DNA of 63,505 bases, filler included, from Jimgerdemannia flammicorona (lineage: Eukaryota): NCBI GenBank assembly GCA_003990765.1. It is 3 parts of 3 records of this genome, joined end to end, with 100 filler letters (N's around TTAATTAATTAA, not from the genome) between each part and the next. Parts side by side here need not be neighbours in the genome. Positions count along the whole stretch, not along the records: positions 1 to 21,103 come from RBNJ01001531.1; 2 more parts are not named here. One strand, given 5' to 3'. Each line of letters begins with the position of its first letter. Positions within the stretch are counted from its first letter, which is position 1. The notes under the pieces were generated by a model. The model saw only the letters and a list, made by a program, of their open reading frames with translations. It ran no database searches and was not told where the DNA came from. Positions 1-11,868 of the stretch are shown one piece after another. Made by a program: the position numbers and the translations under genes.

Positions 1-75
<75 letters not shown>

Positions 76-79
<4 letters not shown>

Positions 80-1183
80 GAGATATCCAGATGTTAATTA
101 TAAATGAAATTTTATCTATAATACTTTATAGTAAAATTTAAAATATAATTAGTAATTATAATTAATTTAATAATACTTCTAATATTACTAATATTTTATC
201 TGAAGCTTTTGACAAAGTCTCTATAATATCATTATAAATAGTATCAGCACTTAGAGTGTATAAATCAGATTTGATAAGATCAAAAAGACTACTTCATAAA
301 GAAATATTTTCAATTACTATAAACTGTTATCATGATATATAATCTAATAAATAAGTTAATTTTAAAACCTTAGAAAAAACATGAAAAGTATAAAAGATAT
401 ATTTTCAAATCTATATTAAAATAAGAAAAATATCATCTACTTACTATAACTGGAATATTAATTTTACTTAATACTATATTTAACTCTGTTTTATTTAAAT
501 ATTGAGTCTTTATATACTTTATTATATTTATTATAAAACTACTATATGTTTTATATTTCTGCCTTTATTTTAAAAATTTTACATTTATATTAAATAAACT
601 ATAAATATATCCAAAGTAATTATAAGTTTTATTATTTTTTAAAAAAAAAAAAAAAAAAAAAAAATTACCTATAATATGTACTTATAAGTAACTTTATTTT
701 CACTACTTTTAGTATAGTATTGCCAAACTTCAGAATGAGAAGTATAGTGTGGAATATTATTTAAAAAAAACTGAATATTGTTTAAAGAAGTCGGACTTGA
801 AGTATCACTAGTACTGAAAAATACTGATAACTGATCTATAATATTAATATTAATATAGTATATATATTTATTTATTTATTTTCATATGTATATGTACTTA
901 TATATATACTTACAGGTATTTTTCTTTTATGTTCTTTTATTTATATATGAGTAAATTATATGTATAATAAGTTTAATTTATTTATAAAATTTAAACTAAA
1001 GATTTGAATTCAGAAATTTGAATCTAGTAATTTGAATTAGAGCAGTCACAATTCAAACTAATTTGAATTGATTACATAATAAATTTGAAATTAATTAAAT
1101 TAGTTATATGATGAATTCAAACTAGTTTGAATTAGAAATAATTACAGTTTAAACTAGTTCAAACTGACTCATTCAAAGTATTA
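76..1183 (-). mobile_element. Degenerate hAT DNA transposon, 5' part (transposase relic plus terminal inverted repeat)
   Basis: Minus strand ~330-76 reads QFIVIENISL*SSLFDLIKSDLYTLSADTIYNDIIETL..[intron-like]..DKISFIINIWISQ. This is a transition-mutated form of the hAT region F.VVE...PSADTIR..KISFTTDIWTS. 1166-1183 (GACTCATTCAAAGTATTA) equals the MITE TIR at 30593-30610 (GACTCGTTCGGAGCACTA) with only G>A/C>T changes. Confidence 0.75.
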
Positions 1184-1212
1184 GGATATTGATAATAATG
1201 ATATATTATAAT

Positions 1213-1690
1213 TTACTCTACAGATACTCTCCAATATATAGTTATAGTGAGATAGATACTAAGAATTTATAAAGACTTATTTGTTTCAGTCTCTTTCTTA
1301 ATAATTTTATTTCTAAGATAACTGAGGCTTTTGTCAAAAAATGAAACTCTATATAATATATACAAGTATAGATATCACAGTATATCCACAATCTCATTGA
1401 TGAGATTTATAGAAAGACTGCTCTATAGCTCATTCAAATCTTTGATATAATTATTATCTCTAACTTTAATAGTAGTTAAATGAGAAGAAGAACTATAAAG
1501 TAGAAGATAAATAATAAGATAGTATATAAGATAATGATCTGAATATATAGATAGTTTAGAGAGAAGCTCATATCAAAGGCAGAAGAGTTTGATAAATAAG
1601 TATATATAGTATCAGAGATATATACTAGTAAAATATATAGTTTATATAGATGAATAGATAATAAATTAGGAGGGAAAAAAATCTTTAATA
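1213..1690 (+). pseudogene. Fanzor2/TnpB-like RNA-guided nuclease relic (RuvC-II region to first zinc-finger half)
   Basis: One frame reads YSPIYSYSEIDTKNL*RLI..IHNLIDEIYRKTAL*LIQIFDIIIISNFNSS*M..KINNKIVYKIMI*IYR*FREKLISKAEEFDK*VYIVSEIYTSKIYSLYR*IDNKLGGKKIFN. This matches the Fanzor2/TnpB pattern IRNLVDELH.K.A.WL...FD.I..P.F...M.WAH..FR..L..KA......V.EAYTSKTCS.CG.I...LGG.K.F.C once transitions are reversed. Confidence 0.8.
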
Positions 1691-3252
1691 TAAGAGAGAT
1701 ATTAGATAGTTACCTAAAGTTATCTGAATAAAGTATGTTTTTTTTTTTTTATAGAGTAGTTATAAATATAGTGTATATATAAATATAGCAGTATAAATAT
1801 AGAAATCTCAATATATTTTACTTCTATAACTTAGTATAGTGATATCTAACTATCTTTATACTGAGATTAGTATCTACTTACTCTAAACTTAGTTAAGAAC
1901 AACTTTACTATCTTGAGTAAATATACATATAATGGGCAGTTTAGATAGATATGACAGAGATACATTTGTTTATTATAGTTAGTATGTATAATTTCTCTTA
2001 TTTTTCTTCCTTCTCTTCTCTTTTTTCTTAAAGCTAACTTATAAATAATATGATCTTTCTTTAAAGCAGATAGTCTGTATTTGATCCTGATCTATTATTT
2101 ATCATATTCTATCTTGATATCTGTTCAGCAATATATCTAATAATATATATTTAGTAATATATCTAATAACAAGACCAACAATATGCTAGCAATATATCTA
2201 ACAATACAATATACTCAGTAAGGATCTCAAGAGCAGCCATAGTAGTGGAGACTGATCATCATTTAGTTATTCTAAAGCTTTGAGAGACTCTCTGTCAATG
2301 TGGTTTACAGTTTTTATTAAGGAGTTTTATATTTCTATCCTTTATATCACCTATATCTACTATCCATACCTGAGCCAGAACTAGAATTTTTATATTGTCC
2401 CCCACATGTGCAGACATTAATAAGAAGAGAACTATCACTAGAGAACCATCCTAACTACTTTGTCTTTTTTTTTTTTTCCATATTTTAGACTGAAATACCT
2501 ATATAGAGAGTATTAATAAAGAGAGTATTGATGGAGAGGGCATCAATGGAGGGGGCGTTGATAGAGGGGAGGGGCAAGCAATGCATTGGACTATGATGAT
2601 TTTATATCTGAGTCCATAATGCATGTGCCTGGAGGATTTCCTTCAGGCTTTGCTGGTAGAGCTGTCCCTTAGGGGGCACCAGTTGTTGACATTGATTTGT
2701 TTGGTGGTGGTGGCTAGCAATGGCCAACACTGTCCATCAATGTCTGACTCAAGCCATCCGAGATATCATGATTTGAGTATGTTGCTGCTCCATTTTCACA
2801 TCTTCGTTCACTGCACCCGTCAACGAATGTCGCTCGTTTTTTATTAAGAGTTTTAGACCAAAAATATTTTTTCTCATATGCCCGAAAACGTAATAAGCTC
2901 CAGAAGGCCTCTTAGTGATATCACCATGAGAATATTCTCGATTGTATGGCACTATTCCGCTTCCTTCTCCTTTGTGTTGATTTGCTTGACCTCCGATTAT
3001 TGATCTTGGTGTGAACATTGAAGTTATGGCACTTTCGATCGTAATTGTCAAAAGTGGCGTGGGTTACTAAAGCAGCCTCGTGGGCAGGTATCGTCACGTG
3101 AAGATATCCAGGCCTTGAAGAGAAAAATACCAGCCACGCCAACTCCAAAGTTAAGGGGGCTTTGGCTGCTGTGAACGGTCGTATTGGGAACCATACCGCT
3201 ATTGCCTAACTTTGGTTTTGTATACCCACATCGTTGGCCTCGCGACGCATAC

Positions 3253-3934
3253 ATGACCATTTACTGGTGTCGTCTGGCACTTCTCGTCACCATTGCCCAA
3301 GGTAACCATTTGTGTCAACATATTTTTTCATTTCGTAACCACCTGTCTCTTCCTTGAGTAATTGGTTATTCTTCACTGAAGCTCCCGCAATTCCGCTCGT
3401 CAAGATTCGTAGGCCCTACTGCGTATTCCAAAACGCTGTCGACGTTGTTGCAAGGTAATCGTCTGCACATTATATTAGACCACAGTCGCGTGGGCTCCAC
3501 GTCAACTTCCATCGCGGTATCAATTCACAGTCTGCCCATTCTCTCACTTCACTAGATCCACGATTTTCGATACTGCTTCCCAGCTCAACACGTGTGCAAG
3601 GTAAACATACGTATTCTTTTAATGTTCGACCTCGTCTGGGCGCTACATTGAATCACTCTGCTCCTCAATTTGATCTTCAACTCACAGCCGTTCTATTCCT
3701 TCCTACCTCAGAGTCCACGACCCATTGAATTTGCTTGTCAAGAACGCAAGCATCTCTACCGACATCAAACGCGCGGAGGAGACTACAGGAAAGTAAATAT
3801 GAACGCCTTTCTTATAATGTATCCGCTGCAGTCTGGACTATGCTTTGGGAATTTTTTGTTTCGCATAATTAAATATCAACTCACAAACCCTCCCTCCATT
3901 AAGGTTCGTTCAAGCCTTACGGCATGCTTGTTAG
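3253..3934 (+). CDS. Putative small 5-exon protein (~100 aa) with hydrophobic N-terminus
   Basis: Exons 3253-3301, 3382-3454, 3556-3600, 3688-3792 and 3904-3934. All donors are GTAA and all acceptors AG. The spliced frame is open (MTIYWCRLALLVTIAQAPAIPLV...FVQALRHAC*). No homology recognised. Confidence 0.45.
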
Positions 3935-5835
3935 ATCTCCTAAACACCGGTTGAGCGCTGGGGAGCTTCCAGTGTCGTGTCCAGCAAGTTTTGAGAGTGG
4001 AAGACGTTCATGAGTGATACATCCGCACCGAGTGTGATAAGTTGGTCCTGGTACGACCGCGACGACCTCGACTGTTAAACACTGATGTTGAATAGTAGAG
4101 TCCCGTGGAGGGGGGGGGGGGGGGTGGGGGGTAGGGGTGCGGAGCTCGTCGCTTCTATACATATAGAACTTGTCTCCAGTGCGCAGGTACATTGTCGTAG
4201 TTTGTCATGATTTCGGGTAAGTGTTTCTTTTGAGGGGTTCTCGTACACAAAGTTTAGGGGTACATTTGTAACTCCTTAGCCAAAGGAGTCGCTGCATTCT
4301 GACTTACGCGAGTGCTCGACACTAGCATAGAAAGTTTGAGTGATTCGCGCACTCAATGCCCAGTGTTGAGAGTAGGAAAACCGGCTACCGGACTCCTGGA
4401 TTTTGGTTCGGGGGAAAAATGATCTGTTGTGACGAGTGGGTTTTGCGTTGTAAGATGGCATGCCTTGCCGCTCTTGTAAGTGTTGTCGGGTTGGTTTGTT
4501 TCCAATATTCCCTTCCTGCGGGCGCTCCTTCAAAGCGAGGGCCTTGCCAACTCACTTTTCCCTCCTCTTTTTTCGATAGGGTTTGTTGTTTGCGCACACC
4601 GGATCCGGTCATCCAATAGTTAGGGTGGTTGCCCGCCCTTTTGTGGGCGACAGGTGCGAGTGCAAATTACACACGGGATTCGTATTGTTATTTCGATGTC
4701 TGTGTTCGGATGGTACGCTTCCCTTGGAACTCGTTGAGCTGAGAGTCGATTCTATTTCCACCCTTCGGGTTGGGCGTGTTCGTGGCGCAGTCGGCGTTAT
4801 GTAGCTCACAAGTTAGTTTAGCGGAGCTGAAGACAGTTGTAGACAAGATTGCTATCGATGATGAGAGAGTTTGGTGGGGCGTATTGGTCTGGAGATGCAT
4901 GGAGTTTCTATAGGTCGTATCGAGACTGTCGTTCGGGCTTTTAGGTAATAGGACGTACTAGATACGTGTATTTCTGCCTGCTCGCACATGTGAAAAATTT
5001 ACTGGATTAATTCAAAAGCCGTGAATTTTATCAAAAATACAACATTCCAAACAACTCCACACCCTGCTTTGTGTCAATGTAAAAATATTCTAATGGGTGG
5101 GGGCACTGGGCTCTTCGCTGCCTACCAATCATACTGCCACCTATGGTTCCACCGCTCATCCCTTTTTACTCTGAAGCAACAATGTCACACCGTATTAGGT
5201 GGCGATATTGGCAAGGAATTGAGAAAGCGGAGATTTCACCCGAAATGTACCGACTTTCGGTCAAGTCGGTCGGCATCAGTGGACGGGGCAAATTCAAGGT
5301 CTCCAGTAGTAAAAATTGACTATAAATAGATCTCAAAGAACTATTTACGTAGAAACCTTGAATTTGCCTGATTATTAGCAAGCCTCTTGTTGCAATTTAC
5401 CCGATTCCTACTATCGGAACATCTGTGTTCCATAATGTTATAGTTGTTTGAATGACTCCTTAGTTTGGTATATATCAAAAATTGGAACACGTGACCTGAT
5501 GAGAGAAGAGAAAAGGGAGGCGTTTGTCGAATGGTCGGACGAAAGATTCTAAAACTCAATGACGTCGGTGTAGCGCCATGGTCATTACTTACGTTTTGAC
5601 GCAAAACCAGTCGCGGAGAATCAAACTTCATAATTTTGCACTGCGCCAGTGAGGACCCGTGCTCTCTATTTATTAACAGGTTTCGTCATGAGGGAGGGAG
5701 GTTATTGTGTTCGTGAAACGCGATCCAGTCAGTTGCATGGCTGAATCCACGTGGTGACCCACAAAGGGTTAAAACCCCCCACTCGCCTGCACTACCCATC
5801 GACCCCCTTTCCTGCCCTCACAAGCACGTCCGAAG

Positions 5836-8800
5836 ATGACACCGCAAGAAGTCATCCAAAACATTCGCGACAGATTTTTGATCGATGGCTCCGCGACGGA
5901 CGCATGGTACCTGCAAGAGACCACAGAGCGCGCACTGCAAAACCTTTCATCGGAGCTCTACACCAAGGACAATCACTTCATTCTCGAGCTACTCCAAAAC
6001 GCGGACGACAACAACTATCTGAGTGAGAATCTGCCGTCGGTGTGCGTTAAGTGGGACGACAGCCGTCACACGATTGAGATACGCAACAACGAGCTCGGGT
6101 TCAATGAGGATAATGTCCGGGCACTGTGCAACATTGGGCATTCTACGAAGGAGCGCATGCGGCGAGAGGGGTACATTGGAGAGAAAGGGATTGGCTTCAA
6201 GAGTGTTTTCAAGGTGGCCGATCGTGTCTTTATTGCCTCGAACGGATACTCTTTCGCGCTTGATTCCAGACGCTCTCTCGGAATGATTGCCCCGGAATGG
6301 ATCCCCCCCGATGAATTCCCGACCGATTGCGAAGACGGCTGGACCGTGCTCTATCTGGAGCTGAAGAGGACGGGCATCAATAAGGACGAGCTGAAGAAGC
6401 AATTCGACGACATACATCCTCGTCTGCTATTGTTCTTAAACAAAGTCCGTAGCCTGGAGCTTGACATTGCGGGACGTCGTCAGCGGTTCAAGAGGAACGA
6501 CGAGATAGTGAATGATATATCGTATATCAATATCTACCAGGATGGTCCTGAACCGCTTTCAGTCAGGCACCATTTTCTCGTTCACGAGCAGATCCTCAAC
6601 AAGCCCGATCACGTAGACGAGACCAAACGTAGCGAAGTCAAACAAACCACAATGATGATCGCCTTCCCACTCGATGACGGCGAGGACGAGAGAGCCTCGA
6701 CGGAGCTACAGAACATTTTCGCTTTCCTGCCGCTGCGCACGCAAGCGTTCAAGTTTATCGTTCAGGCCGATTTTTTGGTCACTGCCAGCCGCGAGAGCGT
6801 GATCGAGGGCAGCTCCTGGAATAAGTTCCTACGGGACGAGATCGCTGATGTTTTCATAGCGGCCGCGAAAATATTGAAGAACTCAGAAAAAGACCCGGCA
6901 CGCCAGACAGCCTTAATCTCGTACCTATCCTTAGCGAAAGACGTTGCGGACCCCTTCTTCCAACCAGTGGCTGACGCGATACTGAACGGCCTTTGCAGCG
7001 AGGACATTATTCTTTCATGCGAAGGGAGATGGTGTACACCCGATAGGATCTTGTACATATCAAAATTTTTCAAATGGAGGCAAAAAGCGCTGATTCCTAA
7101 TGATGACCTCCGACAAATCCGGGATGTAGAATATATTCACGAGCACTATAAATGGGCTGAACACGAATTACTGCTCAAAAAGCTCGGCTGCAAACCATTT
7201 GAAATCGAGGACTTACTTGCGTGCCTTAGGAGCTACGACGGCCCAACTCCTATCGACATATTGTGGCACCAACGAGTTCTGCATTGCTTCGCCAATGGTC
7301 ATCGAAAATCGATAGACACGTCCCCCCCTGTGTCGATACCGCCATCGGACATTACGAATTTGAACGTCTTTGTTGTGGATGATTCAGGCCTGCCGCGGAA
7401 AGAAACCCTCTCGAACGGCTGCACCTTCTTCCCATTTCATGACCGCTCCTTTACCGCGCCGGATTTTTCGATCAAGATCTTGCACCGCGAATCGTTCACA
7501 TCTAATTCACGCGATTTCCTATCCTGGCTTGGAGTCAAAGAGTCGCGAACGTCGGTGCTTGCTCATGAAGTGCTGAAACTCTACCAACAGTATGGGAGAC
7601 GGATCGATTCGCAACGATCTCAGAGAGAGCTGCTGACTCATATAGAGTTTTTCAGGCGACATCTAGGCGACCTGAGTGACGATCAGCGCAAAAGGCTGCG
7701 GAAGGATCTTGTACTTATGAAATGGGAAGGTGATTACCAGAGCCCAGAACAGCTCTACATTAATGCGAAGCCGACGCAGTACGACCTGGAGCAGATCTTC
7801 TTTTCATCACCTCTATCTCAGCTTCACGATCAGTACTTGTTGTCGACAAATGGGGACACTGATGCTCAGCAGAATTGGGTGTCGTTTTTGACGACAAACT
7901 GTGGCGTCAACCGAGCATTACCTCTTGATGACGAAGGTGCGCTTCCCCGTTGGATTATCAAAAAGCTTGATGTTGAAAAGGATGGGCAATTCGGTACCGC
8001 TGTGCTCGTAATGCTAAGTGACGTTTGGGCTGATGTATACGAGCCATTTTACAAGCGTTCTCAACGGAAGTTTTGCAAACAACTGGGCAACATGTGGGTT
8101 CCATGCGAAGGAGGGAGAACTGCGCAACTCAAATTGACGTCCCTGCGAACTCGCGAATTGGAAGGTGTGTTCAGACGAGAACTACTTTACATCGAGCTGC
8201 AAGAAATTTCAGGAGATGCAGAAGATCGCGATGAAAGATGGTCTTTTCTAAAGTTTCTTGGCGTTTCGGTGCGCCCGGAACCCCAAACCGCTCTCAAGGT
8301 GCTTGAGGTCATGAGCGGGCGCAGTGAGAAGGACATTACGGCTGTCGAGCCACTGTACAAATTCCTGGACGTTCACTTCTCCGAAGCACCAGACGCAATC
8401 AGAAAATCTTTTGGCGAGAACCCGCTCACCATAATCAAGGAAGGCTCGGTGAAATGGAAAAGGCTTGATCAAGTGCTGTGGAGCGGCGAAAGGAACATCT
8501 TCCGAAATTGGTCGTTTCTCGAAGACTCGCTTCCAGAATGCAGGAGCCTTTTCAACAAACTCAAAATTAAATCCGCCGGCGTCCATGATTTAGAGAGGAT
8601 GATCGCCGTGCTTGATCCGCAGAGCACTGATTGCAGCCTGCACATGGCGCAGGTGTACCTTTACCTCGCCGATTGGTTCCACAGTCATCATGATCACGAG
8701 AACCGCACTTGGCTCGCCAGCTTCGTTAAGAAAAAGGTATTTTTGGTCAGGCAAGGACCACGAAGGCGGGTCGTCTTTGAGAAATGGGGTTCTCAAATCT

Positions 8801-10767
8801 ACATTGCCGATCATAGGGGACTGGAGAATCTTTTCAAGGACGATTTGCACATTCTACACGTCCCAATCAACACTATTCCTGGGATGGAACCATTCCTACA
8901 ATTTCTAAAGCCACTAGCGCGACGTCTCTCCGGGATCACCTTGCAAGGAGTTGAACACTCACTAGACTTTACGGAAGACAAAGAATGGACCAACAGGGTA
9001 CGCATGTGCATTCCACTTTGTGCTAGAATAGTGCACAGCAGGGATGTAGTCGACATGGACAAATTCGTCGAAAAGAAGGTATTTGCAATGGCGAAAAATA
9101 ACCTCAAGGTTCTTCGAGCCGGTGGGATCCGCAAAATGTACTGCACGAGTAATGTGACCCGAAGCCTTGATGCGGACATGGTGGTGGAGCATAATGCGGC
9201 GCACATCAAGATTTGGATTTCAAGCAAGCTTGACAACTTAAAAACCAGACAACAGCTCATCAACGGTATCTGTGAAATATTTGGCGGCGGGGATCCTATT
9301 TTTATGCTTAAAGACCTTCTCCAGTATGCTCTGGACCCGGCCGGAACATTAGCACATTGTACATCTTTCATGCAAGAGAATGAAATTCCAGAACTACCAT
9401 CCAAATACAAGGACATCTTTGACGATTTCTCGGGTGTGGGTCCGAGCCCAGGTGTCAATCAAGATGCGACCGTACCAACAATAGTGGCAGCCGATTCTCG
9501 ACGAGATCAACGGCCAGAAGCACCAAGATCCCCGCAGACCGTGCCAATCATAGTTACGCCGAGTATGGCGAATCCTATCCGTTTGCCAAGGGCCGCTTCT
9601 CCGGAGCATCCACTTCCTCGCTCTGTACCGCCAACCTTAGATTCTGGCAAGTTCAGCGTCCGTTCCCAACAAGATTATATGCCTGAAGATGATGACCGGG
9701 AATTATTCGATCGACATGAAAGTCCTCCTCAATCAACATACGGCATTACTGCGCCCAGAGTTGTCCGTGGGCAACCGACAGAAGTTGTTTACCCCGCACC
9801 GGTCAATCTTTCACCGACAGTCCGGAAAGACCATCCAGACGCCGACGATCCTATTGCACTAAACATTGGTCCTTCTCGGCATGAGGCACCGCGTCCTACT
9901 CAACATACCCCAATTGCGATCCCCGCTAACCCGCAAATGGACAGAAATATCTCAACCAGTACGCCGTTTATTTCCCCCAATGGTACAATCCTGCAAACGA
10001 GCAGAAATCTCTCAACCGGTGCACCGATTATTACTCCCAATAGTGCAATCCAACGGAACGGCCTTAATCCCCAAGCCTACGACCGGATACCTGTTTTGGA
10101 AGATGGTGCAATCCAACGGAACGGCCTTAATCCCCAAGCCTACGACCGGGGATCTGTTTTGGAAGATGGTTTTTCGCTGGCATCCGATCAACCATTCGAT
10201 TCGGGACAACCGCCCCAGACGCATTTGCGTTCTACCATTGACGACCGCAACGATCAGGATGCCCGCGAGGTCGGTTATCTCGGCGAGCGTTTTGTCTATC
10301 GACAATACCGCGATGTCCTTCGGCTTCCTGGCTTCGGTCTTGCCAATTGGGTCTCGGTATTGCGAGACAACTACATCGCTGAAACATCCGGAGAACGTCC
10401 GGCTGACCTGGATCTCACACAAGCCGACCGAGAGATTGAGTGCGATTTCGTGTACAAAGACGTGGACGGGGTTCTCTCAAGAGAATTTAGGATGAAACCA
10501 ACAACGACGCCGAGAACGTTCTTCCTCGAGGTCAAGAGCACAACCGCCGCAGGTGGCGATCCGTTCCCGATCAGCGTGCGGGAGTGGGACTCGGCCCGAC
10601 GCATTTCCATGGAAAGATCGAATACCCGTGTGTATGTGATTTTAAGGGTGGAGCACGCGAGATCGGAGCCGACAATCGTAAGGGAATTGGATGATCCGTG
10701 GGCGCGTTGGAGACGCGGGGAATTTGTGGTGGAGACGGGGGAGTGGCTTGTGTCAAGGTTTATGTGA
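5836..10767 (+). CDS. Sacsin/NO VEIN-like protein: N-terminal GHKL (HSP90-like) ATPase plus C-terminal DUF3883-type PD-(D/E)XK domain
   Basis: Intronless 1643-aa ORF. GHKL motifs FILELLQNADD, NNELGF, IGHSTK and IGEKGIGFKSVF; IVQADFLVTASRE. C-terminal VGYLGERFVY..CDF..FLEVKST..FPISVREW. Confidence 0.85.
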   Translation: MTPQEVIQNIRDRFLIDGSATDAWYLQETTERALQNLSSELYTKDNHFILELLQNADDNNYLSENLPSVCVKWDDSRHTIEIRNNELGFNEDNVRALCNIGHSTKERMRREGYIGEKGIGFKSVFKVADRVFIASNGYSFALDSRRSLGMIAPEWIPPDEFPTDCEDGWTVLYLELKRTGINKDELKKQFDDIHPRLLLFLNKVRSLELDIAGRRQRFKRNDEIVNDISYINIYQDGPEPLSVRHHFLVHEQILNKPDHVDETKRSEVKQTTMMIAFPLDDGEDERASTELQNIFAFLPLRTQAFKFIVQADFLVTASRESVIEGSSWNKFLRDEIADVFIAAAKILKNSEKDPARQTALISYLSLAKDVADPFFQPVADAILNGLCSEDIILSCEGRWCTPDRILYISKFFKWRQKALIPNDDLRQIRDVEYIHEHYKWAEHELLLKKLGCKPFEIEDLLACLRSYDGPTPIDILWHQRVLHCFANGHRKSIDTSPPVSIPPSDITNLNVFVVDDSGLPRKETLSNGCTFFPFHDRSFTAPDFSIKILHRESFTSNSRDFLSWLGVKESRTSVLAHEVLKLYQQYGRRIDSQRSQRELLTHIEFFRRHLGDLSDDQRKRLRKDLVLMKWEGDYQSPEQLYINAKPTQYDLEQIFFSSPLSQLHDQYLLSTNGDTDAQQNWVSFLTTNCGVNRALPLDDEGALPRWIIKKLDVEKDGQFGTAVLVMLSDVWADVYEPFYKRSQRKFCKQLGNMWVPCEGGRTAQLKLTSLRTRELEGVFRRELLYIELQEISGDAEDRDERWSFLKFLGVSVRPEPQTALKVLEVMSGRSEKDITAVEPLYKFLDVHFSEAPDAIRKSFGENPLTIIKEGSVKWKRLDQVLWSGERNIFRNWSFLEDSLPECRSLFNKLKIKSAGVHDLERMIAVLDPQSTDCSLHMAQVYLYLADWFHSHHDHENRTWLASFVKKKVFLVRQGPRRRVVFEKWGSQIYIADHRGLENLFKDDLHILHVPINTIPGMEPFLQFLKPLARRLSGITLQGVEHSLDFTEDKEWTNRVRMCIPLCARIVHSRDVVDMDKFVEKKVFAMAKNNLKVLRAGGIRKMYCTSNVTRSLDADMVVEHNAAHIKIWISSKLDNLKTRQQLINGICEIFGGGDPIFMLKDLLQYALDPAGTLAHCTSFMQENEIPELPSKYKDIFDDFSGVGPSPGVNQDATVPTIVAADSRRDQRPEAPRSPQTVPIIVTPSMANPIRLPRAASPEHPLPRSVPPTLDSGKFSVRSQQDYMPEDDDRELFDRHESPPQSTYGITAPRVVRGQPTEVVYPAPVNLSPTVRKDHPDADDPIALNIGPSRHEAPRPTQHTPIAIPANPQMDRNISTSTPFISPNGTILQTSRNLSTGAPIITPNSAIQRNGLNPQAYDRIPVLEDGAIQRNGLNPQAYDRGSVLEDGFSLASDQPFDSGQPPQTHLRSTIDDRNDQDAREVGYLGERFVYRQYRDVLRLPGFGLANWVSVLRDNYIAETSGERPADLDLTQADREIECDFVYKDVDGVLSREFRMKPTTTPRTFFLEVKSTTAAGGDPFPISVREWDSARRISMERSNTRVYVILRVEHARSEPTIVRELDDPWARWRRGEFVVETGEWLVSRFM
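9942..10170 (+). repeat. In-frame tandem duplications (60-bp and 63-bp periods) in the low-complexity linker of the sacsin-like gene
   Basis: RNISTSTPFISPNG / RNLSTGAPIITPNS, then AIQRNGLNPQAYDR..VLEDG twice (starts 10043 and 10106). Confidence 0.9.
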
Positions 10768-10929
10768 GTAACAGAATGTTCAGAGATATTACTTTGGACC
10801 CGACAATAAATCCCAATTGTTGGTTTATTTGAGTCAAAACCTCGTTTTTGCCGGTTTGGAGAGAGGGCATATCAACATCGATCGGTTTTTCAAAACAATT
10901 CGCTCACACCAAAAATGCAATGCGCGCAG

Positions 10930-10973
<44 letters not shown>

Positions 10974-11723
10974 TTTTTTTTTTTTTTTTCCGGAGACATG
11001 TATTACCTTCGGGAGCGGCACCGTTTGGACGCTTCCGTGTGCGAGCCTCGGGTACTGATTGCAGAATACCTTGGCCCGATCGGGGACGAAACAAAAACAA
11101 CCTCTCCACTACGCCCGTCCACCACTCGACTCCATCGCCCGTAGCCTCGCTCACCAGCCACCGAATCTGCGTCCCCATTCCCGACAACCCACCCTGCCAA
11201 GCCCGCGCTTCGAAAAAAACGCTCTCGGGAAGGGGGAGGGACGACGTCTCGAACCAGACATGCGACGACGTGCCTATCGTTCGCGTCGTCTATATTTTGG
11301 CTTCGTCGGACAAGGCGCCCCCTATGGATGCGCCATTTTCGCTCAGCCCCGCGTGGCCCCGCGTGCCACCCAACAATCGGGATCTCCGCCCCGAAATGGA
11401 AGCCCGTCCGCGGCTCACGTGTAGCTTAATCTTCTGTCATCGCGAAAACACGACATCCTCCGATAGGCGACCCTGTCGCTCCATCATGCGCAACTACCCC
11501 TCAGTTAACTGCTTTGACGGACTCGAAAACTGTTGGCTGATCCGACCGTGATTGCCACTATCTCGCAATCGATATGGCATTTGAAATTTTATGTATATAT
11601 TTTTAGAAAAAAATGGACATAGTGAACAGCAGATTACATGGGATCCGCAATGCAAAACTACGTTATGGTAGACATATCAAATGCTTCAAAAATGATAAAT
11701 CTTCTACAGTCGAAAAAAAAAAC

Positions 11724-11763
<40 letters not shown>

Positions 11764-11868
11764 GTGTAGATAATATAATATACTGGTTGTGATTTTGCAT
11801 GCTCGATGTTGTACGTCAGACCCTCGCGTACTTTTGAGGCGGTAATATCATCGGTTAAATCTATCACA

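Noticed and set aside
1..75. Poly-A, and other long A/T runs (42218-42304, 46252-46299, 61867-61920)
   Set aside because: They lie at contig ends or in introns and are probably length-inflated; not interpretable as features.
10817..11551. 244-aa ORF and overlapping ORFs with poly-F/poly-K
   Set aside because: They are products of a T homopolymer plus GC-rich intergenic DNA, with no protein-like features.
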